Positions 19,982-30,053 are shown, counted from the first letter of the stretch. The stretch is 64,000 nucleotides of DNA from an uncultured Bacteroidales bacterium (GCA_900316245.1 ONCE01000011.1:1827-65826); one strand, 5' to 3'. A program made the numbers and translations. Notes: generated by a model from the letters alone, not told the origin.

Positions 19982-20626
19982 CTAGGGCAGCAAGGTCAGT
20001 AATTCGGCGAAATCATCAATAATATACGTAGCACCGGCGGCGGCGAGGGCCGAACGGGAGGCATTGCCGTAGGTGACGGCGCAGGTAAGGGCTCCGGCAC
20101 GGGATCCCATCAGGATATCTACCGGCATATCGCCCACAACCAGGGTGTCTTGGGCCGAGTAGCCCATTTCCCGAAGGGTCTTGAGGACGGGCTCGGGGTC
20201 CGGTTTGGCTTTGTCCACGCTGTCGGCGCCCAGGACGTAGGAAACGAGCGGGGCAATGCCCATATCCTGCAGGAAGCCCTTCAGGGAGGCCGAAAGGCGG
20301 GAGGAGGCCACGGTAAGCACATACCCCCTTTGGTGCAGGGTGACCAGCGTCTCTTTCACGTGCGGGAAGAGCTGGGGAATCATAATCTTGCGGTTCTTTT
20401 CGAAGATGGCCCGGTAGGTGGCGGCGCAGGTGGCGGCCGCTTCGGGCGTGAGCCCCGGCAGAAGCTGGTCGAAGCCGGCTTCCAGCGGAACGCCTATGGT
20501 GGCGGCGATGGCGTCTTCCGAAGCCTCCGGGTAGCCCAGTTGCTTCAGCGTCTGCCGCATAGTGGTTACAATGTTGCCCCGGGTGTCTCCCAGCGTACCG
20601 TCAAAGTCAAAAATAATCAGTTTCAT
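19982..20626 (-). CDS. HAD-family phosphatase (phosphoglycolate phosphatase-like)
   Basis: FDFDGTLGD motif I, ASSR motif II, KPDPEP and VGDMPVDI motifs. Confidence 0.9.
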   Translation of the reverse strand: MKLIIFDFDGTLGDTRGNIVTTMRQTLKQLGYPEASEDAIAATIGVPLEAGFDQLLPGLTPEAAATCAATYRAIFEKNRKIMIPQLFPHVKETLVTLHQRGYVLTVASSRLSASLKGFLQDMGIAPLVSYVLGADSVDKAKPDPEPVLKTLREMGYSAQDTLVVGDMPVDILMGSRAGALTCAVTYGNASRSALAAAGATYIIDDFAELLTLLP

Positions 20627-20629
20627 AGG

Positions 20630-21577
20630 CTAGAAAGGCAAGGCATCATAAAAGAGACTGTACGAAGGGATGAAGAAAAGGAGCAGCAGCAGGGCCAGCC
20701 ACCCCGGAAGGAGGCAGAAGAAAAGCACGGCCCAGATAATGCCCGTTACGGGCCAGAGCAGCAGCCGGACCAGGAAACGGGCCGAATTGCAGAAAGCCTT
20801 GTCCTTGATCTTCAGGCAGAGAATCTCGGCGGTAAGCCACATAGGGAAACTGAGGATGGCGGCCAGGATCCAGAAGGGCAGAAGCAGGAGCCTCTGCCAG
20901 AGGGCCAGCTTTCCGGAGGGGGCGGAGGGCCATACCAGGGCGGAAAGGCGCTGATGGAGCTCTTCGCGGAAAGCCCGGTACTGTTCGGCCTCGGACAGAT
21001 CCGAATGGGCGGCCAGGAAAGCGTTTACATCCATAGGTTCGCCGTATTGGAGGTGGGCAAACCTTCTGTAATGGAAAAAGTCTCCGTAATTGATGCCGGT
21101 GGGCACCACGTAGGTCTGGCGCTGGGCTGCGCTGCGGAAAGCGATGCGGGCAATGCCCTTCTGGATGGGCTGAAGTTCGCGTCCGGGCGTGTGGCGGCCT
21201 TCCGGAAAAAGGCAGAAAGGCACCTCGTGGGCCAGCACCTCGTCTATCTCATCAAAGGTCTTGTAGTTGTCTGTAACGGTCCTCAGGCCGTCCCTCTCCC
21301 GGGTCAGGGGAAGGATGCGCAGGAAGCGGAGCGCCTTTTCGGCCGCGGGTTTCCGGAAAATGTCGGCCCGGGCGCCAAAGGCCGTGGGCTCCCTGCGGGT
21401 CTGCAGCACCACCAGCGCATCCAGCAGCGTGTTGGTGTGGTTGGGGGCAATGATGACGGCTCCCGAATCCGGAAGTTCTCCCTGGGTTTTGAAAACTCCG
21501 TAGCTCTCCCGGGTGCAGAGGTCTACATAGGGCCTGAGCAGGCTGTAGAGGCGGTTATGTTCCCAAATCTTAGGCAT
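20630..21577 (-). CDS. 1-acyl-sn-glycerol-3-phosphate acyltransferase (PlsC family)
   Basis: NHTNTLLD (HxxxxD), FPEGRH motif and C-terminal TM helices. Confidence 0.85.
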   Translation of the reverse strand: MPKIWEHNRLYSLLRPYVDLCTRESYGVFKTQGELPDSGAVIIAPNHTNTLLDALVVLQTRREPTAFGARADIFRKPAAEKALRFLRILPLTRERDGLRTVTDNYKTFDEIDEVLAHEVPFCLFPEGRHTPGRELQPIQKGIARIAFRSAAQRQTYVVPTGINYGDFFHYRRFAHLQYGEPMDVNAFLAAHSDLSEAEQYRAFREELHQRLSALVWPSAPSGKLALWQRLLLLPFWILAAILSFPMWLTAEILCLKIKDKAFCNSARFLVRLLLWPVTGIIWAVLFFCLLPGWLALLLLLFFIPSYSLFYDALPF

Positions 21578-22523
21578 TTCTCCTGCTGAAATTGAAGATG
21601 GTGGCTACGGTAAGGCCGGAAACGATGTGCCAGATGCCCCACCAGGCCGTAATGACCAGCATGCCTCCGTGCGGCGGGAAATTGGCAAAGAGGGAGGTTC
21701 CCAGCATCAGGGCCAGGCCCAGGCCGGAGTTCTGGATGCCGGTCTCGATGGTGAGGGTGCGGCGGTCGCGGAACGGGACCTTGGCCAGAGTACCCACACC
21801 AAAGCCTATGCTCAGGGCTAGGAAATTATGGATGAGCACCACCAGGAAGATGTACTTGATGCATTTGACGAAGGCGTCCAGGTTGCTGCCGAAGGAGAGC
21901 ACCACCATCCCCACGAAAATGACGATGGAGAGCCACTGCAGGGGCTTTTTGAGGGCCGATGCCACCTTGGGCAGGTATTGGCTGGTAAGGATGCCCAGCG
22001 CCAGCGGAACGCCCAGCAGGATAAAGATGGTCTTGAAGACATCCCACAGAGGAATCACCAGGGTGGGGATTTCGGCTGCCACGGCGGCGCTGTGCAGGTA
22101 GATGGACCCCCAGCACCAGAAGTTGAAGGGCGTCAGGATGACCGCCAGGGCCGTGGAAATGGCCGTCAGGCTTACGGAGAGCTCGATGTTGGCCTTGGCC
22201 AGGGAACTCATGAAGTTGGAGATGTTGCCGCCCGGGCAGGCTGCCACCAGGATCATCCCCAGGCCCATCATCGGCGAAATCCAACCCGTGAGAAGGATGG
22301 CCAGCAAACAGGTGAGGGCCGGCAGCAGTACCAGCTGGCACAGGAGACCCAGCAGGACGCTCTTGGGCTTTTTGAAAACCTCCACGAAGATGTGGGGCTT
22401 GATGCCCAGGGCCACGCCGTACATCACGAAGGCCAGGATTATATTGATGGTATTCATCCCACCGGCATTCAGGGTAACCTGGATGCTGTCGATGGTATTC
22501 ATAACTTCTTGCGTCATCATCAA
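21570..22523 (-). CDS. Bile acid:sodium symporter (BASS/SBF) family transporter
   Basis: Multi-TM protein with ACPGGNISN and IETGIQNSGL motifs. Confidence 0.92.
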   Translation of the reverse strand: MMMTQEVMNTIDSIQVTLNAGGMNTINIILAFVMYGVALGIKPHIFVEVFKKPKSVLLGLLCQLVLLPALTCLLAILLTGWISPMMGLGMILVAACPGGNISNFMSSLAKANIELSVSLTAISTALAVILTPFNFWCWGSIYLHSAAVAAEIPTLVIPLWDVFKTIFILLGVPLALGILTSQYLPKVASALKKPLQWLSIVIFVGMVVLSFGSNLDAFVKCIKYIFLVVLIHNFLALSIGFGVGTLAKVPFRDRRTLTIETGIQNSGLGLALMLGTSLFANFPPHGGMLVITAWWGIWHIVSGLTVATIFNFSRRNA

Positions 22524-22532
22524 GTTAAAGTT

Positions 22533-23414
22533 TTAGTCGTAGATTACAAGGCCGTCATAGGCTGGCGCCACGCCCTCCGGCAACTCGCGGCAAAACTCCG
22601 CGTGGGGCGGGAAGGAATGGCTCAGGTGGGTGAGCCAGGTGTGTTTGGCGCCAATGCGGGCACTCAGTTCCAACGCCTGCTCCAGCGAGAAGTGGGAATG
22701 GTGGGGATAATACCCCACGGTGTTGAGGGTTACGTGCTCCAGGCCCCGGAGCTTCCCCAGCTCGGTCTCGGGCAGGGAGCTCATATCCGTAATGTAGGCA
22801 ATGTTGCCAAAGCGGAAACCCAGTACGGGCATCTGGTCGTGGTACCCGCGGATGGGAATCACGTTGGGACGCTCGTGCGGGGCCTCGACCACGGTGTTGT
22901 CCGTGGGGAGAAGGCTGCCGTCGGGCTGGCGGTAGTAGTAACCCTTGTTGCGGACCCACTCCAGGTCTCCGGTTCCCTGAAGCGAGTCTACCCGGAAGGG
23001 ACGCTCGTCTATGAGGTGGACGTGCCACTCCGGCGCGCCCGGGTACTTGTCTTCCGCAAAGGCGTAGGCATAATCGTTCCGGAGGGTCTTCAGGACTTTC
23101 TCCTCGCAGTAAATCTCGGCGGCTTTCTTGTCTATGTAGTTGAACGAGCGCACGTCGTCCAGGCCGCCGGTATGGTCTTTATGGTTGTGCGTGAGGAGGA
23201 TGGCATCCAGGTGGCGGATATCGGCCCGGAGCATCTGGGTGCGGAAATCCGGCCCGGCGTCCACGAGGATGTTGAGCCCGTCCATCTCTATAAAGGCCGA
23301 AGCCCGAAGGCGTTTGTCCTTTTCATCGGCCGACTGGCATACGCGGCACTGGCACCCGATAATGGGCACCCCCTGCGACGTTCCCGTCCCCAGAAATGTG
23401 AGCTTCACACTCAT
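22533..23414 (-). CDS. MBL-fold metallo-hydrolase (PhnP-like)
   Basis: FLGTGTSQGVPIIGC.C..C, DAGPDFR, THNHKDH (HxHxDH) and THLSH motifs. Confidence 0.9.
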   Translation of the reverse strand: MSVKLTFLGTGTSQGVPIIGCQCRVCQSADEKDKRLRASAFIEMDGLNILVDAGPDFRTQMLRADIRHLDAILLTHNHKDHTGGLDDVRSFNYIDKKAAEIYCEEKVLKTLRNDYAYAFAEDKYPGAPEWHVHLIDERPFRVDSLQGTGDLEWVRNKGYYYRQPDGSLLPTDNTVVEAPHERPNVIPIRGYHDQMPVLGFRFGNIAYITDMSSLPETELGKLRGLEHVTLNTVGYYPHHSHFSLEQALELSARIGAKHTWLTHLSHSFPPHAEFCRELPEGVAPAYDGLVIYD

Positions 23415-24751
23415 AGCACTATCTTTTCCAAAGTGTTCACCCGCTTGGGGTCATAAGGCCGCTCCACGCGGATGTAATTGCCCGTGTAGCCGCCCATAAT
23501 GCCGTTCTTGACGGACGATTCCCACAGGACGGTCTCTTCCAGGCCCTGGTTGGCGGCCACAAACTCGGCGTGCAGTTCTTCGCACAGGGCTTCCAGCCGG
23601 GCCACGCGCTCGGTCTTGAGGCGGTCCTGCACCTGGTCCTTCCACTCGGCCGCCCGCGTGCCGGGACGGCGGGAGTAAGGGAAGACGTGGATGAAGGCCG
23701 GCCGTACGCGTTCCTTCAGGAAGGCATAGGTCTCCTGGAACAGTTCTTCGGTCTCTCCCGGCAGTCCCACAATCACGTCTATGCCAAAGAACACCTTGGG
23801 CTCTCCGGACCGTTCCATAGCCTGCCGGATATAGTCGATGCGGCTGGCAAACAGGGCGGTGTCATATTTTCGGCCCACTTTCTTCAGAAGCGTATCGCTG
23901 CCGCTCTGCAGCGGAATGTGGAAATGCCGCTGGAACTTGGTTCCCGAGGCAATCCAGTCCACAATTTCCGGCGTAATGAGGTTGGGTTCGATGGACGAAA
24001 TCCGGTACCGCTCAATCCCTTCTACCTTGTTCAGGGCCTTCAGCAGATCCAGGAAAGTCTCTCCGGTAGTTCGCCCGAAGTCTCCCGTATTCACCCCTGT
24101 GAGCACCACTTCCTTCACGCCTTCGGCCGCAATGCTTTCGGCCATCTTCACGCACTCGCAGATGGGAATGTTCCGGCTCCGGCCCCTGGCAAAGGGCACC
24201 GTGCAGTAAGCACAGAAGTTATCGCACCCGTCCTGCACCTTCAAAAAGCTCCGGGTCCTCTCGCCTGTACTGTAGGCGCCAAACACTCCGCCTCCTTTGT
24301 TTGACGTTGCGGAGGGTATTGCCTCTGAAACCCTCCGCTTCGCTACGTCCCTCCCATCGGCTTCGCCGACGGGCCCCTCCCCCTCATTGCCGGGGGCGGC
24401 AAAGGTTTCCGAGGCAACACCCTCCGCAACGTCTGTTAAGATATGGGACTTCTCCGTGGCCCCAAAGACCTTCCAAACACCTTCGATGGAGAGGAGCTGT
24501 TCCTTTCGGAGTTCGGCGTAGCAGCCGGTAACTACGATATGGCCCTCGGGGTTGGTCTTGTGTGCGCGGCGGATGAGGTTGCGGGACTTCTTTTCGGCCG
24601 TTTCCGTGACGGCGCAGGTATTGATGAGGTAGACATCGGCCTGGGCGGTCCAGGGGACGACCTCCCAGCCGGCGGCTACAAAACCGCGCTCGTAGGTGGA
24701 CGTCTCGGCGTAATTGAGCTTGCAGCCCAGGGTGGTGAATGCTATCTTCAT
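23411..24751 (-). CDS. mtaB: tRNA N6-threonylcarbamoyladenosine(37)-C2-methylthiotransferase MtaB
   Basis: TLGCKLNYAE, NTCAVT, TGCYA N-terminal cysteines; radical SAM CDNFCAYC; RTRSFLKVQDG; FHIPLQSG. The interdomain linker contains a palindromic insertion. Confidence 0.9.
   Translation of the reverse strand: MKIAFTTLGCKLNYAETSTYERGFVAAGWEVVPWTAQADVYLINTCAVTETAEKKSRNLIRRAHKTNPEGHIVVTGCYAELRKEQLLSIEGVWKVFGATEKSHILTDVAEGVASETFAAPGNEGEGPVGEADGRDVAKRRVSEAIPSATSNKGGGVFGAYSTGERTRSFLKVQDGCDNFCAYCTVPFARGRSRNIPICECVKMAESIAAEGVKEVVLTGVNTGDFGRTTGETFLDLLKALNKVEGIERYRISSIEPNLITPEIVDWIASGTKFQRHFHIPLQSGSDTLLKKVGRKYDTALFASRIDYIRQAMERSGEPKVFFGIDVIVGLPGETEELFQETYAFLKERVRPAFIHVFPYSRRPGTRAAEWKDQVQDRLKTERVARLEALCEELHAEFVAANQGLEETVLWESSVKNGIMGGYTGNYIRVERPYDPKRVNTLEKIVL
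24303..24433. repeat. 131-bp palindromic (MITE/REP-like) element inside mtaB, read in frame
   Basis: 30-bp terminal inverted repeats, 28/30 identical (gacgttgcggagggtattgcctctgaaacc at 24303-24332; ggtttccgaggcaacaccctccgcaacgtc at 24404-24433). Confidence 0.8.
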
Positions 24752-25458
24752 GCGCTAAGGATCAAAAACACACAGGGTCTTTTCCCTATGGTGATGGGGT
24801 TGGACTTCCACTCCGCCACCGTACGGGTCTGGATGAACTGGTCGGGGCAGGTGAGGTTGGCGGCCACGCAGACGCGTGTGTGGCCGTTCAGGCAGGCCAG
24901 CAAATCTGCCAGCAGGGAATCGTTGCGGTAGGGTGTCTCGATGAGAATCTGCGTCTGGCGGGCGGCGGCAGACCTTTTTTCCAGGGTCTTGATGGCCGAC
25001 CGGCGCTCCTCCGTCTTGGCGGGGATGTAGCCCACGAAGGCGAACGACTGGCCGTTGAGGCCCGAGGCCATCAGGGCCAGCATCAGGGAAGACGGACCCA
25101 CCAGGGGGACCACTTCGATGCCGTGGCGGTGGCACAGGGCCACCAGCAGGGCGCCGGGGTCTGCCACGGCGGGAAGGCCGGCCTCGGAGAGGAGGCCCAC
25201 GCATCGGCCCTCTTCAAACAGCCTGGCAAAGGCTTCCACCTCCTGCGGACGGGTGTGCTCGTTGAGCTCGTGGAACTCCAGCCCGTCAATGTGCCCCTTG
25301 AGCCCTGCGGCCGAAAGGAAACGCCGTGCGGTGCGGAGTTCCTCCACCACAAAGCAGTCCAGGGTGGGAATCACTTCCAGCACGGAAGCGGGGAGCACCC
25401 GGGCCGGGTCTCCTTCTCCCAGAGGGGTGGGAATGAGGTATAACTTACCTTTGGACAT
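24748..25458 (-). CDS. RsmI-like SAM-dependent methyltransferase (tetrapyrrole methylase family)
   Basis: LYLIPTPLG, LLSEAGLPAVADPG, PLVGPSS, SGLNGQSFAF and FIETPYRN-like motifs. Confidence 0.85.
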   Translation of the reverse strand: MSKGKLYLIPTPLGEGDPARVLPASVLEVIPTLDCFVVEELRTARRFLSAAGLKGHIDGLEFHELNEHTRPQEVEAFARLFEEGRCVGLLSEAGLPAVADPGALLVALCHRHGIEVVPLVGPSSLMLALMASGLNGQSFAFVGYIPAKTEERRSAIKTLEKRSAAARQTQILIETPYRNDSLLADLLACLNGHTRVCVAANLTCPDQFIQTRTVAEWKSNPITIGKRPCVFLILSA

Positions 25459-28400
25459 GGGCTTTACCGGTTGTATCTATCTGAATTTTAACTTCTTTCT
25501 GTACCTGTTTGGCTTCCTCCAGGGCGCGCTGCTCCTTCTCGGCCCGGGTGCTGAACAGTTCCCGGAAGAGCTGGGCAAAGGTGTTGAACTCCATCTGGTA
25601 GGCGATACCGGCACCGTGGCGCTGGCTGTTGTCCAGGAAGGAGGAGAGCTGGTCTGCGGCGTGGGTGAAGAGGTTGAGCCGCAGGGCTCCGTTGCGCGTG
25701 AGTTTGATTTCCGCGTCCACGTTGCCGGCCACCTCGTTGGTGGTGGTGCCCAGCCGCTCGCGGTTGCCCACGGAGCCGTTCACGATGACGCGGTTGTTGA
25801 ACAGCTGCGTGCTCACGGCCACGTCAAAGATGTTGGAACCGTATTGGGTGGACTTGTAGTTGAGACCCAGGTCCAGAGGGATGTCCAGTTTCTGGAAGAT
25901 GTTGTTGAGCTGGCCGGACATAATACTGGACACGTTGGAGAACAGCACGTCGGAGCCTCCCACGCTGATTCCGGATTCTTCGGAGGGCAGGAAACTGCCG
26001 GCCACCAGCAGGTAGATGAACTGCTTCTGGATCTTGTCCTCGGTGTTGAAGGCGGCTTCCACCTGGGCCTGCACGGTGGGGTTCAAGTCCGGGATGTCAA
26101 TGGAGAAGTGGAGTTCCGGATTGCGGAGCTTGCCGGTGATGTCTATTCCGCAGTTCACCGTTCGGCGGGTGCTGGCGCTTTCATCGGCCGTCAGGTTGTA
26201 CAGGCTGGCCTTGGTCACATACAGGCCGTGGACGTTGAGGTCCGTGTCCATCACGTCTCCGTTGAAACGCACGGAACTGCCGTCCTGGATGGTGAAGTCG
26301 CGGCTCACCAGGCTCATCGCGCTGAAGTGGAAGTTGCCGCTGGTGAGCGTGTAGTTGCCGTTCATGGTGAACTGGCCGGTGCGGGAGCGGCTCATCAGGT
26401 CGATGGTACCGTTGCCGGAGCCCTGCAGGGAACTCTCGTTGTCCACATCAATGTACACGATGGCGTCGGGGGTGGCGTGGGCACGCAGTTCCACGATGAG
26501 GTCCGAGACCTGCTTGCCGGAGGGCGTGCGGCTGGCCATCATCCTCTCGTACGGATCCTGTTCCTGCGCCGGCTCGGTGAAGGTGAGCAGTTCGCGGGAA
26601 CTCTCTCCGCTCACGGAACCCAGCGGCACGTGCAGTTCACCGGAACGCGTGGTGGCGTCAATGGCCAGAGTAATGCGGTTGAGGTCTCCGGTCACGTCAA
26701 CCCGGCCGTCGGCGTACAGGTTGCCGAAGAAACTCTGGTCCGGCGTGTTGGGCGTATTCAGGGCGTGCATCTGTTCCACCTGCACGTGGATGTCCAGGCC
26801 CAGGTTCTTGAAATCGTTGAAGAGAAGGGCTCCCTGGACGGTTCCCTTTCCTTTCTGGCCGTCCGAGAGCTGTAGCGGGGCAAAATACAGCCCCTTGTCC
26901 TTGATTTCCAGTTTGCCCTCTGCCAGATACGGGACCCGGGTGAACTCCAGTTCCAGAAGGCCGTCCTTCAGCTCGAGGTCCTTGCTGGCAAAGTGCAGCG
27001 GCGAGCCCAGTTGGCCGGACACCTCCACCTGGCCGCCCAGAGAGCCTCCGAAGCGGGAGAAGAGGTCCGTCAGAAAAGGAGCGATATAGCCCAGGTTGAA
27101 CCCGTCCAGGCGGGCCGATGCGGAGAAGTCCTTGCTGGAAGGAGCCAGATAAGCCTGGGCGTCCAGGGAAGAGCGGCCGTTGAGCGAGTTGCGCAGGGTG
27201 GCGGCAAAACGCTTGTTCTGCTCTTCGTAGGTGCTGTAGATATGGAGCGTTCCCAGGGGTTCCCCGGAAACGTAAGTGGAGTCGCATTGGATGTTGGCCA
27301 GCAGGCCCAGGGAAGGCTGGGTGGGAGAGATGATCATAGCGTGGCCGGTAGCCAGACCCGCCAGTTCGGGCGTGCCGCCCGTGAACGTGTTGAGGATGTC
27401 CAGGTCAAAATGGTCCATATTCACGTGGAGGGTGTCGCTGCGGTTGGCCTTGATGGCACCGTCGATGAGCAGCGCCTGCCGTTCGTGCGTGGCCTGCAGC
27501 CGTCCCACTTCCACGTCTCCTCCGGCATAGAAGATGTCCTTGGATTCCACCTTCCACTCGTCTCCGCCCAGGCGGAAGTGCGATGGCTTTACCCGGCCGG
27601 TGACCTCCAGGCCGTTTTCCCCGTGCTCCAGGCCGGCCGTGAGGTTGAACGCTCCGTAGGTCTTTTCGTCGTCCTTGTTGTCAAACGTATAGCCCAGGTC
27701 CACCTGGTTGTCATCGGCCCTGAGGTCGAAGCGGTTGTTGAGCAGCCTTCGGCCTCCCAAATCCAGCGTACTGCCCGTGATGATGGCTTCCAGGGCGCGG
27801 CCACGGTTGTTGGCGTTCAGCTGGAAGTCCCGGATGTAGCGGTTGTAGTGGGCCAGTCGGCCGGAAGTTACCTGGGCCGTCAACAGACCCGTCCGGTCCA
27901 CCGTGATCTGGGCCTCGGTGTTCTTCTCCACGTACAGGCCCGGGTCAAAGAAGCCCAGCAGTTCCTGGACCCGGAGCAGTTGCAGCGCCAGGCTGTAGGA
28001 GGCTCCGCTCCAGTTCTGGGTTCCGTTGTCTCCCAGGGCGGGCAGCTCTTTGGAAACGACCAGGTCCTTCACGTCCTTGGTGAAGTTGAGGATGGATTCT
28101 GAACCCTTGTATTGCAGGGTGAGGATGCCGGAACTCACGTTGACCGTGTGCACGGTGTCCTTCTGGTGGGCGGTGATGAAGAGGTTGCCCAGCTGCTGGA
28201 CGCCCTCCTTGCTCTGGAGCGTAATGTCCGCCACGGTAACTACGCCGTCCAGGTGCCGGGCGTCGGAGCGACGGAGATCGCTGTTCACGCTGAATTTGAC
28301 GCCGGAAACCTCCCGGTTGTCCAGGTGCAGTTCGTCCAGGTCTGCATTCTCCACGTTGAGGTCGAAGCGGTACAGGGCGTCAGGGGTGTCTCCCAGGTCC

Positions 28401-29998
28401 AGCCGTCCGTTGAACCGCACCAGGAGGTTGGGGTCCAGCGAGACCAGCGCGGCCTGGAGGGATTCGTTCTTATAGCTTCCACGGGCCGAAATGTCCCGGT
28501 AGGTATATCCTTTGGCCTCCAGGGCGGCAATCCGGAGGGTGTCCACCTGCAGGTCTATCTTGCCGTCGTCCTTGAGGGCGGCATCCAGGGAAGTGCGCAT
28601 CGAGAGCGGTCCCAGGTCTTCGGTGCCCAGAATCCGGCCCAGGTCCAGACTGATGGTGGCCACCTGGCCGCCCAGGTGCAGGTCCTTGGTCTCATCCACC
28701 ACGTTGCGGATGTAGACATCGGCCAGAATGCCTCCCAGGTTGGACAGGATCTGGCCGTTGACGCCCAGGTCGTTGAGCGGGCCCTGTACGCGGCCTTCGA
28801 AATTCAGGCGCTCCCCGGGAGCGAACTGCTTCAGGTCCAGCTGGGTTTCGGGGGCCCAGGCGTGCACGAAGCCCGCCAGGCCGTCCAGGTCAAAGTCAAT
28901 TTCCCGGACGTTGATGTCGTAGGTGCCGCTGCCCTCCAGTTCCACGTCCCGGATGGTTCCACTCACGTTCACCCGGATTCCGTTGTCAGGGTCCACCGCC
29001 GTGACGTTGTCCAGGTGGATGTCGTTCACGGTGCCGCGCACGTGACCGCGGGCTATGCCGCGGAACGTGGTCTCCAGGCTGGAGAAATGGGCCACGGTAT
29101 TGCCCAGGTCCACCAGCGAGCCATCCCGGATAACCCCGTCAATGACCACTTTGTTGGTGAAATCATCGTACTCGTCCAGCGAACCTTCCAGCCTCAGGTA
29201 CTCCAGATTGACATCGGAATAGCCGTCGTTGATGTGGAGGTCCCGGATGTCCACCAGCTTCTCGCCCACGCTCAGGCGCTTGGCGTGTACCTCGTTGAAG
29301 TGCATTCCGGTGGCCCTTTCCAGGAACTGGAGGGTGGCCTCCTGGCTGGTGATATGGTTTTCGGCCACCTTGAGGTTCTCTATGTGGGCCCTTTCCAGCA
29401 GCACGCTCAGGTGGTTCCAGTCAATGACGCCTTCCGGAACCGATTCGCCGGCCAATTCCGCTTTCCGGGCCAGCGGCAGGTTCTCCATCCGGAAGGTAAT
29501 GTTTTCCAGTTCCACCACCCGGGCGGTGAGGAGGTTGCCCCAGGTGGGCTCCGTCTTCTCCGTCTTTTCGGAAATCAGGCCGAAGGCGCGTTCCAGGTTG
29601 GTGACGGTGCGTTCGGGCTTGTCGGGGTCCGGCTCCATAACCAGATTGAAGCCGCCGCCCGCAAGGCGCAGCCGGCTCACGTAAGCCCCCTTTCCGTTGA
29701 TAAGGCCCCGCAGGGAGAACTTGACGGAGAGGTTGTCCACGTACAGGATGGTGTCCAGTTCAGGGAGGGCGGGCCGGTTGTCCCGCACCACCAGGTCTTT
29801 GAGGAGGATGGCTTCCAGGGGCCGGACGGAAATGTCCTTGAACTCGATGGAAGCGTCCGAGTCTTTTTGAAGAATTCCAACTATGCGCCGGCCCAGCGCC
29901 GTCTGCACGGCGGGGGACTGAAGGGCCACCAGGCCCGCCAGCAGCAATACTGCCAGCAGTCCCAGGATCCAGAAGGTTATTTTGAGGCCCTTGCGCAT
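25445..29998 (-). CDS. Translocation/assembly module TamB-like protein (DUF490 C-terminus)
   Basis: N-terminal TM anchor followed by QSPAVQTAL, long beta-taenia repeats, C-terminal FTIQDGSSVRFNGD...STQLFNNRVIVNG...GAGIAY; divergent from tsaD as usual in Bacteroidetes. Confidence 0.85.
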   Translation of the reverse strand: MRKGLKITFWILGLLAVLLLAGLVALQSPAVQTALGRRIVGILQKDSDASIEFKDISVRPLEAILLKDLVVRDNRPALPELDTILYVDNLSVKFSLRGLINGKGAYVSRLRLAGGGFNLVMEPDPDKPERTVTNLERAFGLISEKTEKTEPTWGNLLTARVVELENITFRMENLPLARKAELAGESVPEGVIDWNHLSVLLERAHIENLKVAENHITSQEATLQFLERATGMHFNEVHAKRLSVGEKLVDIRDLHINDGYSDVNLEYLRLEGSLDEYDDFTNKVVIDGVIRDGSLVDLGNTVAHFSSLETTFRGIARGHVRGTVNDIHLDNVTAVDPDNGIRVNVSGTIRDVELEGSGTYDINVREIDFDLDGLAGFVHAWAPETQLDLKQFAPGERLNFEGRVQGPLNDLGVNGQILSNLGGILADVYIRNVVDETKDLHLGGQVATISLDLGRILGTEDLGPLSMRTSLDAALKDDGKIDLQVDTLRIAALEAKGYTYRDISARGSYKNESLQAALVSLDPNLLVRFNGRLDLGDTPDALYRFDLNVENADLDELHLDNREVSGVKFSVNSDLRRSDARHLDGVVTVADITLQSKEGVQQLGNLFITAHQKDTVHTVNVSSGILTLQYKGSESILNFTKDVKDLVVSKELPALGDNGTQNWSGASYSLALQLLRVQELLGFFDPGLYVEKNTEAQITVDRTGLLTAQVTSGRLAHYNRYIRDFQLNANNRGRALEAIITGSTLDLGGRRLLNNRFDLRADDNQVDLGYTFDNKDDEKTYGAFNLTAGLEHGENGLEVTGRVKPSHFRLGGDEWKVESKDIFYAGGDVEVGRLQATHERQALLIDGAIKANRSDTLHVNMDHFDLDILNTFTGGTPELAGLATGHAMIISPTQPSLGLLANIQCDSTYVSGEPLGTLHIYSTYEEQNKRFAATLRNSLNGRSSLDAQAYLAPSSKDFSASARLDGFNLGYIAPFLTDLFSRFGGSLGGQVEVSGQLGSPLHFASKDLELKDGLLELEFTRVPYLAEGKLEIKDKGLYFAPLQLSDGQKGKGTVQGALLFNDFKNLGLDIHVQVEQMHALNTPNTPDQSFFGNLYADGRVDVTGDLNRITLAIDATTRSGELHVPLGSVSGESSRELLTFTEPAQEQDPYERMMASRTPSGKQVSDLIVELRAHATPDAIVYIDVDNESSLQGSGNGTIDLMSRSRTGQFTMNGNYTLTSGNFHFSAMSLVSRDFTIQDGSSVRFNGDVMDTDLNVHGLYVTKASLYNLTADESASTRRTVNCGIDITGKLRNPELHFSIDIPDLNPTVQAQVEAAFNTEDKIQKQFIYLLVAGSFLPSEESGISVGGSDVLFSNVSSIMSGQLNNIFQKLDIPLDLGLNYKSTQYGSNIFDVAVSTQLFNNRVIVNGSVGNRERLGTTTNEVAGNVDAEIKLTRNGALRLNLFTHAADQLSSFLDNSQRHGAGIAYQMEFNTFAQLFRELFSTRAEKEQRALEEAKQVQKEVKIQIDTTGKAHVQR

Positions 29999-30005
29999 TA
30001 TCCTA

Positions 30006-30033
30006 CAAAATTAACAATAATTTTGTATCTTTG
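30006..30033. promoter_or_regulatory. Bidirectional promoter (CAAAATTA-N12-TATCTTTG) for the TamB-like gene and tsaD
   Basis: Two opposed TAnnTTTG elements, at 30006-30013 (-) and 30026-30033 (+). Confidence 0.75.
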
Positions 30034-30053
30034 CACCCCTAATAGTTTCAACC

